A DNA stretch of 64,000 bases from Flavobacteriales bacterium (GCA_040377305.1 JBEIPA010000011.1:64001-128000), one strand, 5' to 3'. Positions 30,563 through 40,007 are shown, counted from the stretch's first letter. Program-made: numbers and translations. Notes: generated by a model not told the origin, from the sequence alone.

Positions 30563-30879
30563 AGACCATATTCACTTTTGTATTCATGCTTACGGTTGCA
30601 ATCGGCTTTGCACAAACGAATCGCATTGCACATCGTTCCCACAGTGGGAAAAAGAATTCAACGTACAGTTCAACGGAAGGATCGTACGGAAAAGTTGCCC
30701 CGCGCAAAGTGAAAGTGCATCTCGAATCAGGTAAAGACACCATGGTTTATCCCTGGGATTCAATCGCACGTCCGTACTATCTGGACAAAGACGGTCAGCC
30801 GAAATACAACGAAGTCGGTCACAAACCAATTGAAACTGCGAAAGAAATCGGACATGTTGCCGGGAAGTTGGTGATGTAG
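30559..30879 (+). CDS. small secreted protein, paralog 4 (IAHRSHSG motif)
   Basis: QTNRIAHRSHSG...EGSYG...HLESGKDT.VYPWDS; ATGA overlap. Confidence 0.8.
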   Translation: MKTIFTFVFMLTVAIGFAQTNRIAHRSHSGKKNSTYSSTEGSYGKVAPRKVKVHLESGKDTMVYPWDSIARPYYLDKDGQPKYNEVGHKPIETAKEIGHVAGKLVM

Positions 30880-30923
30880 CTAAACTTTGATTTAGCACAT
30901 TAACCCATTAGCAAATTAGCATA

Positions 30924-32333
30924 TTAAATGTGCTTCTCCTTCCTCTTCTTCCCATTTTCATCCCAATAATACCACGTCTTTATTTTCGTGCCATTGAGAT
31001 AAGTGCCTTTCGATTTCTTCTTTCCGTTCTCGTAAAATTCTTCCCACTCTCCGTCTTCTTTTCCGAAAGTATACTGACCGCGCACTTTTACTTTGCCGTT
31101 TTCGTAATATAGCGCATAAATGCCGTGAAACGTTGCATCACTGTATGAACGCATTTCTTTTGGATGACCGTTCTCGTAGAAGTACATCCATGTGCCTTCT
31201 TTTTTTCCTTTCGAGTTGTAGTATCCGGAGTCCTGAAGAATTCCGTTCGGATACCAGCGTTTCGATTCACCCGCCAGAACTCCGTTCATATAGTTCTGTT
31301 GCAAAAGTTTCTTTCCGGTTGAATCCCATTTTTCCTGAAGACCTTCCAGTTTTCCATTCCCATTGTGAAATGAAACTTCTTGCTGCTTTCCGTTTTCGTA
31401 CCACTGTTCCTTTTTACCGTATGGAATCCCATTGGAGTACTCTGATCTCAATATCAAATTACCATTCTCATAATAGGCTTCCTGCAAACCATCGAATTCC
31501 CCGTTTTTAAATCTCGCCTTTGCCTTTATATTTCCATTGTCATACCATTCAGTTGCTACACCTTCAAGTTTTCCGGTTACTGAATAATGCGACTCGGATC
31601 TGATTTTTCCATTCTCATGCCACTTGGTCATCTTCCCCATTGGTTTGCCGTTGGAGTAGGTTGCGAACGAAGCTGTTGTTCCATTCTCGTGATACGTCAC
31701 CCAATCACCTGTTTGTTTATCATCGGCATAATCACCCTTCGTGTACAGTTTTCCGCTCTGATAATAAGATTCATAAGAACCATTTTTTCTGCCGTCTTTC
31801 ATCATGTACTTCTCGATAACGAACCCACTATCGTTATAAGTCTTCCATAATCCTTCCTGCACATCACAAACTTTTATTCCCGTTGCTTTGATTGCACCAC
31901 TTGGGTAATGAAGGGTATCCAACACCGGGACTCCGTACTCATACTTGGAAAATTTCACCCGCGTGTCTTTGCGAAACTGATTTCTCTTTTCACCATTCAT
32001 CGAGATGTCAGAAGTTTCCTCAAGCACTTTGAACTTCACCGTTTTTCCTTTTACAGATACGACCTCAACAATTCCAATACTCATCCAACCGGAAACGTTC
32101 GACTTGAAAATTTTCGTTTCAAACTGCTTGTGCATTTCTCCTTTGTCGCCCGGACGAAGTGATTCTTCTTCGTTGAGTTGCATGACCGGAAGCTTATCGC
32201 TGTCAGTAGTGAGCATTCCCTCAATGGAATAAGTTGCCGCATCTGAGCATTTTACTTCGCCCGAGTCCTGACTGTAAACAGGAATAACAATTTGATGCAG
32301 AATCAGAATGAGCAGCGAAATAAATTTGTGCAT
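30924..32333 (-). CDS. secreted MORN-variant (YwqK-like) repeat protein with an N-terminal beta domain
   Basis: Signal peptide; about 13 W/Y..YENG repeats. Confidence 0.85.
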   Translation of the reverse strand: MHKFISLLILILHQIVIPVYSQDSGEVKCSDAATYSIEGMLTTDSDKLPVMQLNEEESLRPGDKGEMHKQFETKIFKSNVSGWMSIGIVEVVSVKGKTVKFKVLEETSDISMNGEKRNQFRKDTRVKFSKYEYGVPVLDTLHYPSGAIKATGIKVCDVQEGLWKTYNDSGFVIEKYMMKDGRKNGSYESYYQSGKLYTKGDYADDKQTGDWVTYHENGTTASFATYSNGKPMGKMTKWHENGKIRSESHYSVTGKLEGVATEWYDNGNIKAKARFKNGEFDGLQEAYYENGNLILRSEYSNGIPYGKKEQWYENGKQQEVSFHNGNGKLEGLQEKWDSTGKKLLQQNYMNGVLAGESKRWYPNGILQDSGYYNSKGKKEGTWMYFYENGHPKEMRSYSDATFHGIYALYYENGKVKVRGQYTFGKEDGEWEEFYENGKKKSKGTYLNGTKIKTWYYWDENGKKRKEKHI

Positions 32334-32444
32334 GATTCAAAAGTAACGAACTACGCAATTGAAGAATGTTAATATTGAGAATAGTCCTTGTCAGCTAAAA
32401 AATATTGTATAATTTTCGCCATCTAACAATTTAATCTACCTAGA

Positions 32445-33032
32445 ATGAAAAACAAATTTATCCTTGCTGTTGCGGTTCTCGTATCAGCATCATTGATTAC
32501 TTCATGTTCGATTGAGAAACGCCACTATATGTCTGGCTATCATGTTGAGTGGAAGAACAATAACGAAAAGAGCAATACCGTAACAGCGCAGCAGGACAAA
32601 ACACAGACAGTTGCTAAGAATGAAACAGTAGCATTTACAGACGAGCAGATTACTGCTCCGGTAATTGAGAACACAACTCAGAATGCAGTGGTAACAGACG
32701 TTACTTCGGAAAACACAGACGTCGTAGTTAACTCTCAAACTTCTAAGATTAATACTGTAGTTGCAGACCATGACGCAGCGAAGCAGGAAGTAACCGTAAA
32801 GAACAACACGAAAGAGTCGGTGAAAGTTGCAGCTAAACAGACACAGAACAGTCCCGCTGACGATGTACCGAAAGGTTTGTTGATCGTTCTATGTTTCCTT
32901 TTGCCTTGGCTTGCAGTAGGTCTTGCTACAAACTGGGAAGTAAAACCACTTATTATCAACCTGCTTTGGTGTCTTACGTGCATCGGCGGAATCATTCACG
33001 CACTCATCGTAGTGAACCGTGAGGTGAAATAA
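32445..33032 (+). CDS. lipoprotein with low-complexity linker and C-terminal YqaE/Pmp3-like membrane hairpin
   Basis: Lipobox ITSC; SIEKRHY..GYHVEW; C-terminal LCFLLPWLAVGL...INLLW.L...GIIHAL. Confidence 0.8.
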   Translation: MKNKFILAVAVLVSASLITSCSIEKRHYMSGYHVEWKNNNEKSNTVTAQQDKTQTVAKNETVAFTDEQITAPVIENTTQNAVVTDVTSENTDVVVNSQTSKINTVVADHDAAKQEVTVKNNTKESVKVAAKQTQNSPADDVPKGLLIVLCFLLPWLAVGLATNWEVKPLIINLLWCLTCIGGIIHALIVVNREVK

Positions 33033-33343
33033 TGTCGAAGAAGACAGGATTAATTATTCTTGTTACCGGAATGATCATTGGCCCTCTGGCGCTGATGATC
33101 ATTCCTTTTGATACGTTTGACTACGGCGAAAGTATCTGCCCTTCAAAATTGTTATTTGACAGCGAATGCCCCGGTTGCGGCACGACACGCGCAACCATGC
33201 GGATATTTCATTTTCGTTTTGCAGAAGCATGGCAGTTTAACCGTTTAAGTTTTATCACTGTACCGCTCATTGGGTTTCTCTACATCCGGATCCTCTATAA
33301 ACTCATTAAGAGGATACGTGCTAAATCAGAACCCACAGCCTGA
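33032..33343 (+). CDS. DUF2752-like membrane protein
   Basis: CP..LF...CPGCG.TRA...AW.FN motif. Confidence 0.85.
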   Translation: MSKKTGLIILVTGMIIGPLALMIIPFDTFDYGESICPSKLLFDSECPGCGTTRATMRIFHFRFAEAWQFNRLSFITVPLIGFLYIRILYKLIKRIRAKSEPTA

Positions 33344-33586
33344 CCGGATCTGCGCTTATTTTCCCTTCTTATTTTCCGCTTCGTTCACCGGCAACCGGCA
33401 AATTAACATTGATTTGCACTTGTTGCGGACTACCACATTGACACTGTTTACGTCCACTTATTAAGTGCGCCCGAAGGACAGAGTCCTACAAGGCGCTGTA
33501 AATCAAGTTGGAAATGGATAATGTAAATTTAGGGTGTCAAATTGCCATCCACACCGGGAGGCGAACTTGGTGGGTAGAGTACTTCA

Positions 33587-33602
33587 TGGCACATGCTTTG
33601 CA
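33587..33602 (+). promoter_or_regulatory. sigma54-type -24/-12 promoter
   Basis: TGGCACATGCTTTGCA (GG-N10-GC), 33 nt upstream of the DUF3108 start. Confidence 0.65.
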
Positions 33603-33635
33603 TTTTAGTATGAAAACGCCCTAATTTTAACGATT

Positions 33636-34415
33636 ATGAAACGCATCTTTTTAGCATCGGCACTCTTAGCAGCAATGGCTGTTCACGCTGATCCGGATCC
33701 AGTGTACCGTGTTGTAACAAACACTGCATTCAAACGTGGGGAAGAATTAAAATATCGTGTTCACTACGGTGCGATGAACGCCGGTTTGGCAACATTCACA
33801 ATCGACAACACGAACAAGTTGATCAACGGACGTCCAACACTTCACGTAGTTGCAACGGGAAATACGATCGGTGCATTCGAATGGTTTTACAAAGTGCGCG
33901 ATCGCTACGAGTCGTATGTCGATGAGCAGGCGATGATGCCGTGGATTTTTATTCGACGCGTGGATGAAGGTGGATTCAAGATCAACCAGAATCAAACGTA
34001 CGACCATAACGTTGGACGTGTGAATTCGAACGGAAAATTCATGACTGTTCCGAAGTATATACAGGATATGGTTTCTTCGTTCTACTATGCGCGTACAATG
34101 GATTTCACGAATGCCAAAGTGGGTGACATCTATTCGGTTCCTACTTTTATCGATGATTCGGTGTGGACTATGAAGCTCAAGTTTAAAGGACGCGAGGCAA
34201 TCAGAACAGATCTTGGTCGTGTGAACTGCATCAAGTTTTGTCCGGTTGTACAAGTGGGTCGTGTCTTCAAGAAAGAAGAAGACCTGCAGCTCTGGATCAG
34301 CGACGATGCTAACCACGTTCCGATGAAAGTTGAAGGTTCGATTCTCGTCGGATCAATCAAGATGTCGATCATCAGCACGGCGAATTTGATGGTGCCGCTG
34401 AATAAGGTGAAATAG
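33636..34415 (+). CDS. DUF3108-like secreted protein
   Basis: AF..GE.L.YRVHYG..NAG, YKVRDRYESY, QDMVSSFYY.R, WISDD.N.VP. Confidence 0.85.
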   Translation: MKRIFLASALLAAMAVHADPDPVYRVVTNTAFKRGEELKYRVHYGAMNAGLATFTIDNTNKLINGRPTLHVVATGNTIGAFEWFYKVRDRYESYVDEQAMMPWIFIRRVDEGGFKINQNQTYDHNVGRVNSNGKFMTVPKYIQDMVSSFYYARTMDFTNAKVGDIYSVPTFIDDSVWTMKLKFKGREAIRTDLGRVNCIKFCPVVQVGRVFKKEEDLQLWISDDANHVPMKVEGSILVGSIKMSIISTANLMVPLNKVK

Positions 34416-34427
34416 GTCCGCTGCTTT

Positions 34428-34511
34428 GTTAATGTGCTAATCAGGCATGAGATTTATCATTCTCACCCCGATTAGCACATTTTGCATATTAACCCATTAG
34501 CACATTATTAG
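34428..34511. repeat. ATTAGCAC-type 8-nt periodic element
   Basis: aatgtgctaat ... attagcacat...attagcacat; same unit at 30891-30926 and 63081-63126. Confidence 0.7.
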
Positions 34512-34540
34512 TAATTTGGCACCACTAAAAATTCATTGTT

Positions 34541-35476
34541 ATGGGTGATGCTAAAACTCCGGACCGCACGGAAATCCTGAAGAAGATTGAAGAGAAGTAT
34601 GAGGCGCTGGGACAAGATGCAGGAAATTTCCTAAAAGGATTTTCGCACATCAAAGCACTAACATACTGGGACTATGTTGAAGTTGACACGTTGCTTTCTC
34701 TTCAGCGTCCCCGCACCGATTTTCCGGATGAGCCAATCTTCATCATGTACCACCAGGTGACGGAATTGCTCTTGAAACTTATTCGTCACGAATTGCAGCA
34801 GGTCACCGACAATCCGGATATCGACACCACACTATTTCGTACGAAGCTCGAGCGTGTGAATCGCTATGCGGGAATTCTTACGCAATCATTCAGCGTAATG
34901 CGCGAGGGAATGGATTACGAACAGTATAACGAATTCCGTTTGACGCTTGCACCAGCTAGTGGATTTCAGTCGGCGCAGTTTCGCTTCGTGGAACTGATGT
35001 GTACCGATGTTTCTTTGCTGATGAATCACCGCGTGAAAGGAAAGTACACAAACGATTCCAGTCACGACGAAATGTTCGAACACTTGTATTGGCTCGACGC
35101 AGGACTCGATCGTAAGACCGGAAAGAAAACGCAAACGCTGCAGCAATTGCTTGATCGTTATCTCGACGATTTCAAACGCACGGCGGTGAAGATGAAATCG
35201 AATAATCTTTATCAGCGCTTCAAGCAACTTGATCCATCAACGGCAGGATTTGCAGAATTGAAATCTGCCATGCGCAGTTTCGATCATACTTACAATGTTG
35301 TTTGGCCACTCGCGCATCTCAAAACGGCGGAACACTATCTCAATTCGAAAGGAGAAACGAAAGCTGCGACCGGCGGAAGTGAATGGCAGAAGTATCTGCA
35401 TCCTTCTTACCAGCGCAGAATTTTCTTCCCGGATTTGTGGACTGCGGAAGAGTTGGAGAAGTGGGGAACGTTTTAA
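34541..35476 (+). CDS. kynA: tryptophan 2,3-dioxygenase
   Basis: Y.DY...D.LLSLQ, DE.IFIMYHQ.TEL, FR..L.PASGFQSAQFR, ATGGS. Confidence 0.9.
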   Translation: MGDAKTPDRTEILKKIEEKYEALGQDAGNFLKGFSHIKALTYWDYVEVDTLLSLQRPRTDFPDEPIFIMYHQVTELLLKLIRHELQQVTDNPDIDTTLFRTKLERVNRYAGILTQSFSVMREGMDYEQYNEFRLTLAPASGFQSAQFRFVELMCTDVSLLMNHRVKGKYTNDSSHDEMFEHLYWLDAGLDRKTGKKTQTLQQLLDRYLDDFKRTAVKMKSNNLYQRFKQLDPSTAGFAELKSAMRSFDHTYNVVWPLAHLKTAEHYLNSKGETKAATGGSEWQKYLHPSYQRRIFFPDLWTAEELEKWGTF

Positions 35477-35563
35477 CCAAACGATTGTCAGATTGAATTT
35501 TCTCGCCTGACTTTTTTCCTGAAAGCTTGTGCGGTATTGTTTGTCAGAACATCGCTCGTTTAC

Positions 35564-36028
35564 TTAATACTTTCCAAAGCGTTTCTCCAAAGCGATCATT
35601 CTGTATTCGAAAATATTCTGCAATTGTTTTTTGATGAAAAGTGTATTCGCAAGTACTCCGAAAATTCCAAAAGGAGGTTGATAGGTAATGATATCAGTCA
35701 TTAAAACCCCACCTTGAATAGGTTCAATTTTATGCTGATGATGCCACATGGCATACGGACCCACTCGCTGTTCATCCACGAAATATTCATTCTCTCTCAC
35801 GTGCGTTATTTCAGTTACCCACTTCAGTTTTATTCGAAGTATTGGACTTACCGTGTATGAAATGATCATGCCCGGATACATTTTCTCTGAACCGTTATTG
35901 CTCCTTATAATAAAGCCCATGTACTCCGGAGTTATTACTTTCAGATTCGACGGGGAGGAAATGAAGTTCCAAACATCGTCAATGGTTGCAGGTACTTTTT
36001 GTGTCTTAGTAAATTGATATACGGCCAT
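35564..36028 (-). CDS. SRPBCC family protein
   Basis: VWNF.SSP.NL..ITP, W.TEIT.V....YFVDEQR.GPY..WHHQH; start moved to 36028. Confidence 0.88.
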   Translation of the reverse strand: MAVYQFTKTQKVPATIDDVWNFISSPSNLKVITPEYMGFIIRSNNGSEKMYPGMIISYTVSPILRIKLKWVTEITHVRENEYFVDEQRVGPYAMWHHQHKIEPIQGGVLMTDIITYQPPFGIFGVLANTLFIKKQLQNIFEYRMIALEKRFGKY

Positions 36029-36271
36029 AACTGGTACAAGGAGGGGCGTAAAAGTACAACCATCTGAATGCTGACACTGCACGTTGCTCTTCTTTCTGCA
36101 TAAATGTTGTTGCGTGTTTAGTTCTGTGGTAGGAATGCAAATCAGAAATTCAACAGAGATGGCTTATAGGGTGGAGTTGTCCACTTTTACCTGGAAAGTA
36201 TGGTCGAGAAATAGGGTCAAATAACGCTTTTTGGGTCAAAAACGCACATTTTTAATATATTCCAGTGATAC

Positions 36272-36300
36272 TGTAACTTCCCCTCTTTAATTCCGTCCTA
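36272..36300 (+). promoter_or_regulatory. ECF-type (likely autoregulatory) promoter
   Basis: TGTAAC-N16-CGTC, 27 nt upstream of the ECF sigma gene. Confidence 0.7.
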
Positions 36301-36324
36301 TACCCAGAACGCACCACCATTGCC

Positions 36325-36810
36325 ATGACCGTAGACGAATTTAACCGCTGCGTGGACCTGTACGCCGATAGCTTGTACCGGTTCATATTGAAAAACGTAA
36401 AGGACAAAGACAAAGCGAAAGACATTGTCCAGGACACGTATGAAAAACTCTGGGTGAAAGTTTCGGAAACCGAAGCGAAGAACGCAAAGTCGTACATGTT
36501 CACAACAGGATACCGCACCATGATTGACTATCTGCGAAAAGATGCGCGTCAAGGATCAATGGAAGAAGCGCCGATGATTGCAGTATCGCATAACAAGCAG
36601 TACAGCGACCTGAAGGAAATTCTGAATGAAGCTTTGAATAAGCTGCCCGATATTCAACGCTCCGTAATTCTTCTCCGCGACTACGAAGGATATTCATACA
36701 CAGAAATAGGACAAATCACGAACCTCAACGAATCGCAAGTGAAAGTTTACATTTTCCGCGCAAGAACATTTTTGAAAAACTACATTGGCAGTATTGAGAA
36801 AGTCGTGTAG
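36325..36810 (+). CDS. ECF sigma-70 family RNA polymerase sigma factor
   Basis: AKDIVQDTY.KLW (region 2); LP..QRSVILLRDYEGYSY.EI...QVKVYIFRAR (region 4). Confidence 0.95.
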   Translation: MTVDEFNRCVDLYADSLYRFILKNVKDKDKAKDIVQDTYEKLWVKVSETEAKNAKSYMFTTGYRTMIDYLRKDARQGSMEEAPMIAVSHNKQYSDLKEILNEALNKLPDIQRSVILLRDYEGYSYTEIGQITNLNESQVKVYIFRARTFLKNYIGSIEKVV

Positions 36811-36894
36811 TTTGTCAGACCGAGCGGAGTCGAGGGCGACAAGACAAGAACATTTTTGAAAAACTACATTGGCAGTATTGAGAAAGTCGTATAA
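36761..36894 (+). repeat. direct duplication of the sigma gene 3' end flanking a 31-bp REP
   Basis: 46 bp identical (36761-36806 = 36845-36890); last codon and stop read GTG TAG vs GTA TAA. Confidence 0.92.
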
Positions 36895-36936
36895 CCACAT
36901 TGGCATCTACTAATCAGAATCGAAAATCAACTAATC

Positions 36937-38742
36937 GTGAACATTAACCGCAATAACGCCGAAGCCTTCTTCCTCGATTACTACGAGGGGAACTTGTCCG
37001 AAGGACAGGTGGCCGAGATGTTTGCGTTCCTGAAAGCGAATCATGATCTGCGTGAAGTGTTTGAAGCTTTTTCCAATATTCAGTTGGATGCCGAAGATGA
37101 TTCCGACTCGACACTCATTCATCATTCCTCTTCCGACCGAACTCCCGATTTCTCTTTCCTGAAGAAAGAACCTGTTGTTGATATTCACGAGAAAGCTCAG
37201 GAGTGGATGGTTGATTTTGTGGAGGGAACTATTTCTGTTGAAGACAATACTTCGCTCGGGAAATACCTGGCTGAAAATCCTTCGAAGCGTGAAGAACTTG
37301 CAGCTTTTGAGAACACCGTATTACGTGCAGACGAAAACGAAACAATCGGCGATCTCAGTAGCCTGAAGAAAGAAACGGCGATCACGTCCGAGAATTTCGA
37401 GCACTATGCAATTGCATTGATTGAAGGAACCATTTCTCCGAATGAGAAATCGCTCCTTGAGTCATTTGTGCTCACGCATCCTGAGTTCAGTATTCAACTC
37501 GATTCATTCCGGGATTCTGTTCAGAAAGCAGACGAGTCGATTGTATTTGACGCGAAATCGTCTTTGAAGCGTTCTTCAGTTGTGGTTACCAAAGACAACA
37601 TCGAAGAATTGCTCTTTGATAAAACAGAAGGACAACTTGCCTCTCACGAAGAAGCAGCAGTGGATGCATTCCTTGCTGCAAATCCGGAATACAAAAACGA
37701 TCTCGGGTTATTGGCGAAGACAAAACTCGTTCCTGATACAACTGAAACGTTTGACGCGAAAGACAAACTCAAGCGCGGAGTAACTTTGATCAACGAAAGT
37801 AACTTCGAACAGTATTTGATTTCGGCTTCAGAAGGATTGCTTAACCGCGAGGAGTTGAAGGCGTTCAATTCATTTGTTGTCACACATCCGAAATACAGAA
37901 ATGCACTTGCTCTTTACGCTGCAACAAAATTGCAACCGGATATGTCTGTCGTGTACGACGACAAAGAAGGACTGAAGCGCAAAGAAAAAGGTGCGATCAT
38001 CTGGTTCAGCGTAGGATTCCGTTATGCGGCGGCAGCTGTGCTCGTGATTTTGCTCAGCGTTTATTTCTGGACGAAGTTCGATGCTTCTAATCAGGGAGAT
38101 GTTGAAATGGCGGATAAAACGAAGCAGAATTTCCAGAACAATGACGTGATCCCACTCGATAACAATACGCAGCCGGGCACGAATCCAAACGCGCTTGCAA
38201 GCAACACCGACGAAAACACTTCAAAGTTTCCGGAGTGGAACACAAACAATGCAAACAAGGATGACGTGAACGGATCGCGCAAGGTTGTGGATCCTAATCC
38301 GGAGGAAAATATTCTTGTTGCAACTTTCACACCGATAACAATCCTGGTGTCAAGTATTCCGAATGGGGCAAACGAAAGTGTTGCATTCTCGGGGGCGTTA
38401 TATGACGTTGTATTCAACGACAACAACAAGACGCAACCTGTTGCCGAAGTTCCTGCAGATGATTACATCACTCCGGGACAATTAGCAATGCGTTGGATGA
38501 AAGACAAGATTGACGGCACTGATCCTATGCTGGTAAGTGGGCAGGATGATGTTGTGAACACATGGAGTGCACCGGGCAGTAAGCCAGATCCAAAAGACAA
38601 AAACGTCGATGGAATGGACATCACCGAAAGTGCAGTGAACCGTGTTGGGCAATCGGCTGCTCATGGCAATATCGCTATGGAGCAGCGCAAGGACGGAACG
38701 TATCTGCAGCTGTGGAATTACGAAGTGCGTGTGGGGAAGTAG
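36937..38742 (+). CDS. putative anti-sigma factor with five tandem ~67-aa N-terminal repeats and one TM helix
   Basis: Directly downstream of the ECF sigma; repeat I...N.E......EG.L...E......F...P...L......LKR; TM at RYAAAAVLVILLSVYFW. Confidence 0.8.
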   Translation: MNINRNNAEAFFLDYYEGNLSEGQVAEMFAFLKANHDLREVFEAFSNIQLDAEDDSDSTLIHHSSSDRTPDFSFLKKEPVVDIHEKAQEWMVDFVEGTISVEDNTSLGKYLAENPSKREELAAFENTVLRADENETIGDLSSLKKETAITSENFEHYAIALIEGTISPNEKSLLESFVLTHPEFSIQLDSFRDSVQKADESIVFDAKSSLKRSSVVVTKDNIEELLFDKTEGQLASHEEAAVDAFLAANPEYKNDLGLLAKTKLVPDTTETFDAKDKLKRGVTLINESNFEQYLISASEGLLNREELKAFNSFVVTHPKYRNALALYAATKLQPDMSVVYDDKEGLKRKEKGAIIWFSVGFRYAAAAVLVILLSVYFWTKFDASNQGDVEMADKTKQNFQNNDVIPLDNNTQPGTNPNALASNTDENTSKFPEWNTNNANKDDVNGSRKVVDPNPEENILVATFTPITILVSSIPNGANESVAFSGALYDVVFNDNNKTQPVAEVPADDYITPGQLAMRWMKDKIDGTDPMLVSGQDDVVNTWSAPGSKPDPKDKNVDGMDITESAVNRVGQSAAHGNIAMEQRKDGTYLQLWNYEVRVGK

Positions 38743-39000
38743 TAAGTAGTTAAGGTTTTAAGTAGGCGAGTAAACGAACTTCAGTTTTCTGCTCCCTTTT
38801 TTATTTAAAATTCATGACTTGCCTACTTAAGGACTTAGGGACTTACAACTTCATTTAACATTTGGTAACTTAGAGGTTAAATCCCAGGCGGCGGAACCAC
38901 CGTAGATGGAGAGTCACTGAGTATTTGAGCCATGAAGTAGGAAAGTCACTGACGAATTCCCACTGGTCTACTTTCTGACTTAACTACTTACAAACTTTAA

Positions 39001-39510
39001 ATGAAAATGTTTCTCGCAACAGTCACACTCGCAATCGGACTCGCCAGCTGCGGATCTCCCGATACAATTCCGGTTAAAGAAAATTCAGATTCAACAATCA
39101 CCATGAGCGATACCACAAAGAAAGTCCCGGCAACAGATGCAGAATGGAAAGCGCAACTTACTCCCACACAATACAACATTCTGCGTGAGAAGGGAACAGA
39201 ACGAGCGTTCACAGGCGAATACTGGGACAATCACGCGCAAGGAGTTTACCATTGTGCCGGATGTAATTCTGTGTTGTTTTCTTCGGAAGAAAAATTCGAC
39301 AGCGGATGCGGATGGCCAAGCTTTTCATTGCCCTGGGATTCTACAGCAGTGAATTATCATGAAGACGTTACGTACGGCATGAAACGAACTGAAGTCACCT
39401 GCAAGAAATGCGGAGGTCACCTCGGTCATGTTTTCGACGATGGTCCACCGCCAACGAATCTGCGCTACTGTATTAATTCCGGTGCGATGGTCTTTGTGAA
39501 AAAGGAATAG
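39001..39510 (+). CDS. msrB: methionine-R-sulfoxide reductase (lipoprotein form)
   Basis: Lipobox LASC; [34 protein letters not shown]. Confidence 0.95.
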   Translation: MKMFLATVTLAIGLASCGSPDTIPVKENSDSTITMSDTTKKVPATDAEWKAQLTPTQYNILREKGTERAFTGEYWDNHAQGVYHCAGCNSVLFSSEEKFDSGCGWPSFSLPWDSTAVNYHEDVTYGMKRTEVTCKKCGGHLGHVFDDGPPPTNLRYCINSGAMVFVKKE

Positions 39511-39531
39511 TGCGCATTTCAAATAGCTTTT

Positions 39532-39564
39532 AAAACGACTGGCATTGCCGGTCGTTTTGTTTTT
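39532..39564 (+). terminator. intrinsic terminator after msrB
   Basis: AAAACGACTGGCA/TGCCGGTCGTTTT stem plus T run. Confidence 0.7.
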
Positions 39565-39639
39565 AGGTGTGTAGTTCTCCAATGAAATAAAAAACCCCGC
39601 GAGACAAGCTCTGCGTGGTTCGGGGATAATTACAAATAC

Positions 39640-39975
39640 TTACTTATTCTTCGCATGTCCTGGATTTGTAGACTGCGGATGATGTGGGTTATTCGGATTT
39701 TTATTCCACCCTTTTTTCTTTCCGTGATTCGCTCCGTTGTTTCCTTTTTTGTCTTTCGGATTCTTCACCTGATCAGGAGCAGGAGCTGTTGTGCCTCCCG
39801 GAGTTGATGTGCCCGGACGTGGTGTTGGAGCTGGAGCCGGTGGAGCTGGAGCTGGAGGTGCAGGAAGTGTTGGAGGTGCAGGTGTTGTTCCCGGACGTGG
39901 ATCACCAGGACCGCCTGCGTATACTGTTCCAAACATCATTACGATTGCGATTGCAGTTGCGAGTGTGGTTTTCAT
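39640..39975 (-). CDS. small secreted Pro-rich basic protein with GKKKGW..N..NPH.P motif
   Basis: Signal peptide; PAPP repeats; NHGKKKGWNKNPNNPHHP. Confidence 0.75.
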   Translation of the reverse strand: MKTTLATAIAIVMMFGTVYAGGPGDPRPGTTPAPPTLPAPPAPAPPAPAPTPRPGTSTPGGTTAPAPDQVKNPKDKKGNNGANHGKKKGWNKNPNNPHHPQSTNPGHAKNK

Positions 39976-40007
39976 AGTAGATAGTTATTGATATCTGTCA
40001 TGAATAT

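Noticed and set aside
29662-30879. The four paralogs as RiPP precursors
   Set aside because: No recognisable modifying enzyme, peptidase or ABC exporter is adjacent, and they carry ordinary Sec signal peptides. Kept only as an unknown secreted family.
8793-32333. Three YwqK/MORN proteins as antitoxins of a toxin-antitoxin system
   Set aside because: All have export signals and no neighbouring toxin-like ORF; MORN-variant repeats are common in Bacteroidota envelope proteins.
2936-36894. Gene-end duplications as diversity-generating retroelement TR/VR pairs
   Set aside because: All six differences involve an A in one copy, but they are synonymous, not polarised to one copy, the repeats are only 36-50 bp, and no reverse transcriptase is in the window.
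38860-39000. Riboswitch or selenocysteine signal at msrB
   Set aside because: No SAM or other riboswitch consensus is recognisable; the region matches the local AAGTAGG/CTACTT repeat family; the catalytic residue is Cys (RYCINS).
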